The notes under the pieces are model-generated. The model had not been told where the DNA came from. It worked only from the letters and a program-made list of their open reading frames with translations, and made no database searches. This document shows positions 55,480 through 64,000 of a stretch of 64,000 nt of DNA, piece by piece. The DNA comes from Eledone cirrhosa. Taxonomy: Eukaryota. Positions within the stretch are counted from its first letter, which is position 1. Each line of letters starts with the position of its first letter. The DNA is taken from contig OZ024746.1 in NCBI GenBank assembly GCA_964016885.1, positions 88,908,001 through 88,972,000 of the forward strand, in the 5' to 3' direction. Both the position numbers and the translations under genes were made by a program.

Positions 55480-57310
55480 ATATGACATACCCTGAGAGGT
55501 TAAATGGTTAAGATTTAATCAAGGTAGTGATTAACCTAAGAGAAAGTTTAACATTTATACCCTAATAATGAGAAAATTCGAAATCGTAATAAATTCAATA
55601 GAGAATGTGTGAGTAAGAAAAACGTTGCTTAATGTTAGTTATAGAGATTTTAAAATGTATGATACTACAATTTATCACGGAAAGCGGTCAATGAAAGCCG
55701 TTGAGATAATATATATAGAGAGAGGGAATATATGTAGAAGGAGATTTTCCGAAAGTTAAACGGTTAAGTTTGAAAATATTTAGTTTATGCTATTTTAGGG
55801 TGAAGAATCAAGATTTTATGGGGTTTTTTTTTTAAATTGCAGGTTATTTATTAGTTTTGTGAATACAATAAATGTTTTAACATTTTTAAACTTTGAAATT
55901 TTATGATGATAACTTTTAAAGGACTTAGCTGTCCAGCGGAAAATAAAGTTTACACTGTCGAATATAATTCTACCGGAGATATTCATTGTCAACATATATA
56001 GTATGTAAATCTTATGAAGTTTTTATTGTTATAAATATTAAAATAACTAATATGTATATATACATATACATATCTATATATATATATATATAGGAACCAG
56101 TACGACCCCGACAGCTGAGCTCAAGCCGTTTCGACGGCTAATTCTGGACTAATTTAGTCCAGAATTAGCCGTCGAAACGGCTTGAGCTCAGCTGTCGGGG
56201 TCTTACTGGTTCCTATTACCCACTCTACTACCTTAAGTATTGAGTACTTTGGTGCGTTATGGTCCACCTGGTTCCTTACCACATTTCCTTCGTTATATAT
56301 ATATATATATATATTAATGTGCCTGCATGCTTTAGGTAAATGATAACGAAAATAAAAATAAGGTAATAGATTTAGGCATGCTAAAGTTAAATATATACGT
56401 ATATATAAAAGGGTGTATATGCATTGATTATTCATAGTTCAAAATAAATGAAAATCAATAAATTTAACTGTAAATTATGTATAGAATGATACATGGAGGT
56501 TTATATGGATATAAATTAGGTATTATTGATACAGTATACTTTAGGTAAATGATAACAGTTATAAAATATATATATATATATAAGAAAAGCAAGGAAAGTT
56601 TACACTGTTGAATATTTTCCTAAATATAAAGTTTACCGAAGATAATGAATTGTCAACTTATGGTATGTAAATGTTATGAAGTACTTATTTTTAGAAATAT
56701 TTAATTAACGGTTATGTATATAGATATGTATTAATGAGCCATTATATTTTAGGTAAATGATAACGAAAAAATATAATAGATTGAGGCATGCAAAATTAAA
56801 TATATACCAATATAACAAGATGTAAATGCATTAATTATTCATAGTTCGAAATAAATAATAATCAAAAACACATGAAACATTCACAATTAAAAATAAGTTC
56901 CATAAAAATGTATGGGTTGAATATTAAACTAAAATTTAAACCTTAGATAGGAAGATAACGATAGTGAAATAAAGAAATAATGGTATGGATCAAAATTAAG
57001 AATTATAATATTATGTTATGTATATCAATGTTCGGGCATGTTATTGAACATGTGATTTTCATTCAAGCGTTATTTCTCCTATAGATATATTATAAGATAA
57101 TGCCATTAATGTTTTTACCTGTTGATTATAACGTCTGACAACCAAGTTTTTAATGGTTAAGTGTTTCACTCTCTTTTTTTCTCGTTTTGTGGGAGGCTAA
57201 GAATTACAATTGTATTTTAATATTAATAACTCTGGAAAATTATTTTTCATAGAGTGCTTCCAATCTACTGTAAAACGCATCATTTGATATACTCATTGAA
57301 TATTGTTTAA
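55480..57310 (-). mobile_element. Probable long AT-rich PLE 3' region with an internal about 650-bp-spaced duplication
   Basis: Ends in the HHR at 55414. 55945-56060 resembles 56595-56725 and 56320-56460 resembles 56735-56865. It is interrupted by a family B insertion. Confidence 0.5.
56090..56295. mobile_element. Family B hairpin element (young, about 62-bp near-perfect arms)
   Basis: TAGGAACCAGTACGACCCCGACAGCTGAGCTCAAGCCGTTTCGACGGCTAATTCTGGACTA, a short loop, then the reverse complement. Confidence 0.92.
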
Positions 57311-58411
57311 CTTGTTAATATATATATATATATATATATATACTAGTGGGTAATTTATATCTATGTGTTGCCAGAAGTACAGAATCCAACTCAAAATACG
57401 GATCTTGCCTTCTATGGAATTGCTCAACGTATACGATGACAGGTGCTTGGATTATACGTTTCGAAATTCACCTATAGTGATCTGATTCGTTCAGAAAAAA
57501 GCAGCAACAAAAAATAGGCTGATAACAATCAACGAATTTTAAGAATTCGAACAGTAGGCCTCAGAAACTGATTTTATACACGTCCATTATCTGGACAAAA
57601 TTTGGTTTCGGACACCGAAAATATTTTTTAAATATAATTGTTGGAATTTTGGGTTTGGTAAATTAGGTTTGGGATATAATTCTGAACCGGAATTTTTTCT
57701 GATAGACGAAAGTTGTCATGTCTACACTTTCGCGTTTGTCAGTTATCTGATACAAAATGGTGTATCAATGTATTTGGTAGAAATATGCTAAAAGTAGCAG
57801 CATCTCACCTGCCCGATCTGAGTAACTCAACCGCTGAATTTATTGATTAGTGGTGATGCTGTATTCGTAATGACTCAGGAGAGTACATAGTAAATAATCA
57901 TATACTACAGATCTAATCATATTTACGTTATGCAATATCGTGTTTACCGATAGCTTTCAAAAACAATATTTTTATTGATAGTTCCGACACTTTACGGTCT
58001 TATCATAGATTCTATATTTTTCTGAATTGTATTCTATGATAGATTATGTAATTACTATAGTGGAACCTTATTTCCTGTCATGCTCAACAACACGCTTTGT
58101 TCGATTTCATGTTTGTATTGTATCCGTTTTCCCTACTTCATTGTTGTAAATGTTTGGTTCAGAAGTTGAGGCGATGTATATCACTGTGTATTTCGTTTTC
58201 TTTTCAATTTCTTTTACAGTTCATAGATAAAGCACAGCGATAACTCAAATAATACATACAATTAATGTATAATATATGAATGTTTCGCACTGCATATTAT
58301 TTTTTTTTAAATTCCAATGGTAAGTTACATTTTGAAATATAACTAATGGTCACTTGATTGTTGCTGGGGATAGAAGATCGTCATTAATTATATAATCAAA
58401 TATAATCATGA

Positions 58412-58592
58412 ATTGGCAGTATCGGTAGAGGGTTGGACGCCATGCTTTGCAGCAAAGAGTTACGGCCCTTGCTTTTCTGAGTTCAAATCCTGCCGAGGTT
58501 AACTTTGCATTTCATCCTTACGGGGTCGATAAAATAAAGTGCCGGTAATACACTGGGTAATTGCTGGCGTTGTGCCAAAAGTAGAAACAATT
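58412..58592 (+). mobile_element. Full-length tRNA-derived SINE
   Basis: A and B boxes, body and tail, with a flanking ATTATATAATCAAAT duplication. Confidence 0.93.
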
Positions 58593-59100
58593 TATTATAT
58601 AATCAAATTCTACGAAATAATAAACTTGTCGAATTTTTAATTTTCCTGAATGCGACGCAAGTTTTTCCATAATATTCTCGACGAAAATGACTTTGTAATA
58701 GTTATATTTTTATACAAATTTATATCTTTAATTTCAAATGGTCTAGTAGTGTCGACAATCCATAAAAATGGCCATGTTTCAAATGTTGTAACTGTGTGGT
58801 TAGCAAACAATGGTAAAAATGGAATTACCATTTATGCCAAATATTCCTGAAAGCGAAACATAGCGGTATAGCAATCAATAAATAGCCAAATATAAATAAA
58901 TATAAAATAACCCTGAAACAAATCTATTCAATGATGTTTGAATATTGAACAGTGAGCTACGCTTTGGTATTATATGCTGGTGGCTAGTTGTATAAATTTG
59001 AATATCAATATTTTCACAGATGTTCCCTCTGTTGTAGGAAAATTTGCAATATCATTTTCAAACATATTTATTTACTGAAATATACATTATAAATGTATAG

Positions 59101-59194
<94 letters not shown>

Positions 59195-59204
59195 GTATAT
59201 ATAA

Positions 59205-59250
<46 letters not shown>

Positions 59251-59251
59251 G

Positions 59252-59302
<51 letters not shown>

Positions 59303-59317
59303 GTATATATATATATG

Positions 59318-59355
<38 letters not shown>

Positions 59356-59587
59356 TAGATAGATATACTCGTGTCTGTGTATTTTATTTATTTATTATAC
59401 TTTTCTTCTTTAAAATACACAATGATGTAATCGAAATTTACCATGGAATTTACCTCTAGGTATGCTCTACCTTCTGATAATTGAAAATATTTATGAAATA
59501 CAAACATTTGGTCAATTAGTGCATTAACACTTTATAATATTATTCAAATGGCCATAAGCAATTGCCATTGCTCACTATATATATATA

Positions 59588-59729
59588 CCATAAGGCACCA
59601 GAGTACTCGATACGTAGGGTTGTAGAGGAAGTAATAGGAAAAGAGTCAGGATACCGACAGCTGAGCTGCGGCCGTTTCGACACCTAGATCTGTACTCGCA
59701 TTCAGATCTAGCTCTCGAAACGGCCGGAG

Positions 59730-59732
<3 letters not shown>
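59588..59732. mobile_element. Family B hairpin element (opposite orientation)
   Basis: CGGCCGTTTCGACACCTAGATCTG..CAGATCTAGCTCTCGAAACGGCCG. Confidence 0.85.
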
Positions 59733-59770
<38 letters not shown>

Positions 59771-60029
59771 TTATTTTTTTTTTTATATTAAAATGACAGA
59801 TGAAAGTTTAAGTAAAGGATCGCTACTTTCACCCTTAACGGGATTTTCTGAAACTAAAAAAATCAAGCTGTGAACGCAGAGTTAAATATTTCGAAAAACG
59901 TTGCAGCCGAAGGAAAACAGGAAGGCGATACTTTGGTTCGTGAAGACGTTACCTGGCAATGAACGGAAAAAATCGAAGATAATACTTCATTATATGAACC
60001 ATTGAGAACAATTACACGCAAACACAAAA

Positions 60030-60575
60030 CCACGTTTATGGAATAAAGGAAGTCGTAGACTAATATTCGATTTAGGAAACACGGATCTTACACCTCGTTA
60101 CAGTCAGCCCACACACACACATCCATCTTTAATATAGGAAATTCTTATACTTCATAAATTCAAAATACTCGATACAGCCATAAGATAAGAATTTGAAAAA
60201 CATCTGGCTATTATATTCAGCAAAGGTCGTTTATTAAAGTCGAACCAGCAGGAGGGCAGTTTAACAATCAATTATCTTGCTCATACCAATCCCTACTTTC
60301 TGTATATATATATAATTACTCTAAATGTTCATCAACACTCCTTCACTCCCACGCTCATTAAACCACCCCCATCCCAGGCACACCCAAACCTCTTATATAT
60401 AAAGTGACACATCAGAACACAACCTCATATCAGTTTGATAATCGCCAAAACCAATGTGAGAAAGTTCTCCAGGAAAGTTAGCCAATAATTTTTAAAGTTA
60501 AAGAAATTAATTCATCTAGCAAACAAAATTGTAAAATGATAACGTTATAAATTAAATAAATTGTTTACAACTACA
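60030..60575 (+). mobile_element. Decayed PLE GIY-YIG C-terminus and 3' region with a decayed HHR
   Basis: IRFRKH..SAH, KFKILDTA..E..I..NQQEG. TTGATAA TCGC..GTGA GAAA GTTC TC at 60432-60470 resembles 2154-2192. Confidence 0.5.
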
Positions 60576-60583
60576 ATGAGTCA

Positions 60584-60762
60584 TTGGCAGTATCGGTAGA
60601 GGGTTGGACGCCATGCTTTCTAGCATAGTTACGTCCCTTTACAGTCTGAGTTCAAATCCCGCCGAGGTTAACTTTGCCTTTCATCCTTACGGGGTCGATA
60701 AAATAAAGTACCAGTAATGTACTGGGTATTTGCTGGCCTTGTGCCTAAAGTAGAAACAATTA
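60584..60762 (+). mobile_element. Full-length tRNA-derived SINE
   Basis: Closely matches the 39718 and 58412 copies. Confidence 0.93.
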
Positions 60763-61121
60763 TTTTCCTTTTTTGCATATATATATATGTCTGTGTGAGT
60801 GTGTGTATGGGAGAGAGAGAGAGCGGGGGAGAGAGAGATAGGTTTAATCCCCGATTGAATCGCTGGAACATGAGGAGGTAAGATAATCAGTACTTTAGTA
60901 GAGTGTAAATGTGAAATTTAAAACAGAAATGGCTTCTACAGGACTAGAAATGTTTCATCAGGACTTTCCAGATGATTTCCTTCGAATTAAAAATGCCAGT
61001 CATGTAGATGTCATTTCTATATTATATATATATATATATAATATATGTCTAATGGTAGCTAAGATGCTTCCACAGGTGGTATGCCGGTGGAGCACTCTAT
61101 GTTCCTACGGAGTTAGTATGA

Positions 61122-61378
61122 TAGAATGGAAAACGAAAAATCAGTGGTACATCGGAACTGAATTTATTGCGTGTTACAATTGTTTTCCCGGGGAACAGCT
61201 CGAAGTGCAATCCATGTGTGGATCGACCTGACGTTGGATTCACAGGCTCCTCGGACAGATCTATTGAATCAGGTCGATCCACGCACACATCGCACCTCGA
61301 ACTTTACGCCGGTGAAACAATTGTAATACGCAACAAATTGAGTTCCGATGCATCACTGATTTTTCGTTTTCCATTCTA
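61122..61378. repeat. Fold-back inverted repeat (about 110-bp arms) carrying an HHR 3' half
   Basis: TAGAATGGAAAACGAAAAATCAGTG.. versus ..CACTGATTTTTCGTTTTCCATTCTA. GAAA CAATTG TA near 61314-61325. Confidence 0.85.
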
Positions 61379-61474
61379 TATATATATAAACATTTTCTAA
61401 CCCAGAAAAAGGAGAAAAAAATAAAAGGAAAAAAAATATATTTTTGTTCATAATAATCGTCTTGTTCTCCCTAT

Positions 61475-61554
<80 letters not shown>

Positions 61555-61998
61555 ATATGGGGGGGGGGGGCATCTGCGTGAGTGTGTCTCTGTCTCTGCC
61601 TGTTTGTTTGTGTTTATACATACATAAACGCATACTCTCAATCTCTTTTTGTGCATATTTGCATGTTTGCATTTTAAATTCTTTATGAGTATTTACCCCG
61701 AGGCGAATACATACAAAGTGACTGATAAATTGGGGTTGTAAGCAGCAATACGTATCGTATGCCTACCAGCAAAATTATTTTCTAAAACATCAATAATCAA
61801 TATAAGGATTATATTTAAGACGCTTAGAAGAAGGAAAACATATATGACAGCTAACAAACATATATATATCACCGAACCATATATATATATATATACATAT
61901 GCACACATACACGCAAACACACACATATACATGTGTTTGTAAATAGATATATATGTGTGCATATATATATACATACATATACACACACACATACACAC

Positions 61999-62066
<68 letters not shown>

Positions 62067-62090
62067 TAAAGGTATAGAAAGTATTGTAGC

Positions 62091-62122
<32 letters not shown>

Positions 62123-62895
62123 TAATAATAATAAATTTGAAGACTAAAATCCAAAGAGTGCTCAATAAGGATAAATATATATCAAATATATAAGAACCCT
62201 AGAGTAAATATTTTAAGATCCCGTTAATGGTGAAAGCAGCCATTCTTTTCTTAAACTTTAATCTGTTATTTTAAAAAATATATATATATATATATTTATA
62301 TACATGTGTGTGTACGTGTGTGTGTTTGTACAAACATACATACACATGTTTGCCGGTGTTTTTGTGAAAGGGAGATACATATATTTCCACTATGACGATT
62401 ACCTTGACTGATATACGCCTGGAAAACCAACGCCGTTTTAATATATTCGAGTCAAAGAAAGCTCCAAGTTGAAATTATACTCGACTTTTATGACAAACCA
62501 CTATGTTTTAAATTAACACTGTACCTGCTAAAACAGTCTTACATATCTATTGAATTGTTAGATAAAGTAAATAAACTTCACTAAAATTACAATCTATAAA
62601 CATAAAATATATTAAAATACGTACTGGATAAAGTACTTCTAGATATGCAGAAAGACGAAAGTTGTCTATGTATGCATTTAACATAATGCACTACAATATG
62701 TGAATCCTGTTCAACATTCGCATGTAAATGTTTAAGCTTGGCAGAAAACCCCGAAACTATTCATTGTAGTAAGTTATTTTAACTATAAGGTAACTAGCTA
62801 ACTTAAATCAACTTATCAGTAACAACAAATCCTGATTATCAAAAGTAAAAATATATTTCCAACGCTTTTAATCTATTTATGTACGTGTAGCTGAG

Positions 62896-63085
62896 TTGTT
62901 AGAGAATTGGATTCGCAATCGTGAGACTGTGCGTTCCATTACTGGACCGGGCGATGCGTTATGTCCTTTATTTCACCTTGCTCCTTCTACCTGGAGTTGC
63001 GACCGACAGATATTATTAGCAATTGGAAAGACCAAGGGAAACATTGTTTCCACAGTCCGATTTGACGAAAGTCGATCGTTCCCTT
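62896..63085 (+). mobile_element. CORE-type tRNA SINE with a deletion in the CORE segment
   Basis: Matches 11914-12112. Confidence 0.8.
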
Positions 63086-64000
63086 TTAGTAAGGACTCGT
63101 ATATCGCCGTATATTTCCAATTATTTTGATGAAGCCCATGTATTTGGAAATATCTTCAGTGATATCTGAAAGACTTCTGCTCAAGCTGTGCGTAGGATAC
63201 TCGGGATAATAATCCATCTTGTACTGTGTGAACGAAAATATTTCGATTGTCTGTTTCAGACATTGTTAAATGAATCAGTACTTAAATTTTTAGTTTACAT
63301 TTTTGCAATACTTTACCCGTGCTTTAAATTTCTTGATTTCTCATAGCATAATGTAATTCCACTCAATATTCCACTAATCTCTTAATCTCGTAACTTTCTG
63401 TTCCATTATAACAAATTCTTCTGTTTAACTCTTGTTTATAATTGTTGATTACAATTCAGCATGCAATATATTTCTAATACTTGTATTCATTTAATTGTTA
63501 TAAAACTATTTAATACTAAAGGCGTTAATACGTAATTATGTAATTGCATGTAGCCCCTATGTGCTTGTGGTAACGTAATCACGTTTGGGTTGCTGAATTT
63601 TAAATCATGTCATTATTTTTACATTTATTTAATTTTTACTAATTCAATTAGTTTCCTCTTAATATGAAATTAGTTAATAATTGAAATTCCAATATTACTG
63701 AGATCCAATACTTTATTTTTAACATTTATTGTTTGCAAATCACTTCAGAAATATTATTAGCTGATTTGTCAAAATTTTCCTTGATGTTCCACCACATAAT
63801 TAATACCAAACATTTGCAAATGTATGCATAAATTATGTGCGTCATCATTGACATGTAAACGGAAGGAGATTCAGGTTTTAAAACGTCTATTAATAGTTAA
63901 AATGAAGAAAAAAGTTGAATTCGGAAAAGCTTTTGCGTTGCAGAGAATCTTCCAGATTCTTCATCTACTTTCTAAGTTCAATCCCAACACGACAAACGCT

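Overview
AT-rich, microsatellite-dense animal DNA, either intergenic or inside a large intron. The tRNA-headed SINE families suggest an octopod cephalopod (inference only). I found no convincing host protein-coding gene, and most long ORFs in the track are microsatellite artefacts. The window holds decayed Penelope-like retroelements (three Naiad-type RT/GIY-YIG copies and one Neptune-type fragment), decayed RTE LINEs, about 15 copies of a Nin-domain-like tRNA SINE, two CORE-type SINEs and two Helentron-like elements. The main signal, read by eye, is a very high density of type I hammerhead ribozyme (HHR) motifs. About 15 loci from many families carry a full or decayed core, and 8 more copies carry a half-hammerhead. 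Most have a palindromic stem III. They sit in Penelope 3' regions and in short ORF-less elements inserted in (TA)n. Two loci show ORF-less tandem units (about 494 and 433 nt) with one HHR per unit, like retrozymes. In many loci the inversion breakpoint of a fold-back falls in or right beside the ribozyme. All RNA structures are hand-folded and coordinates are approximate.
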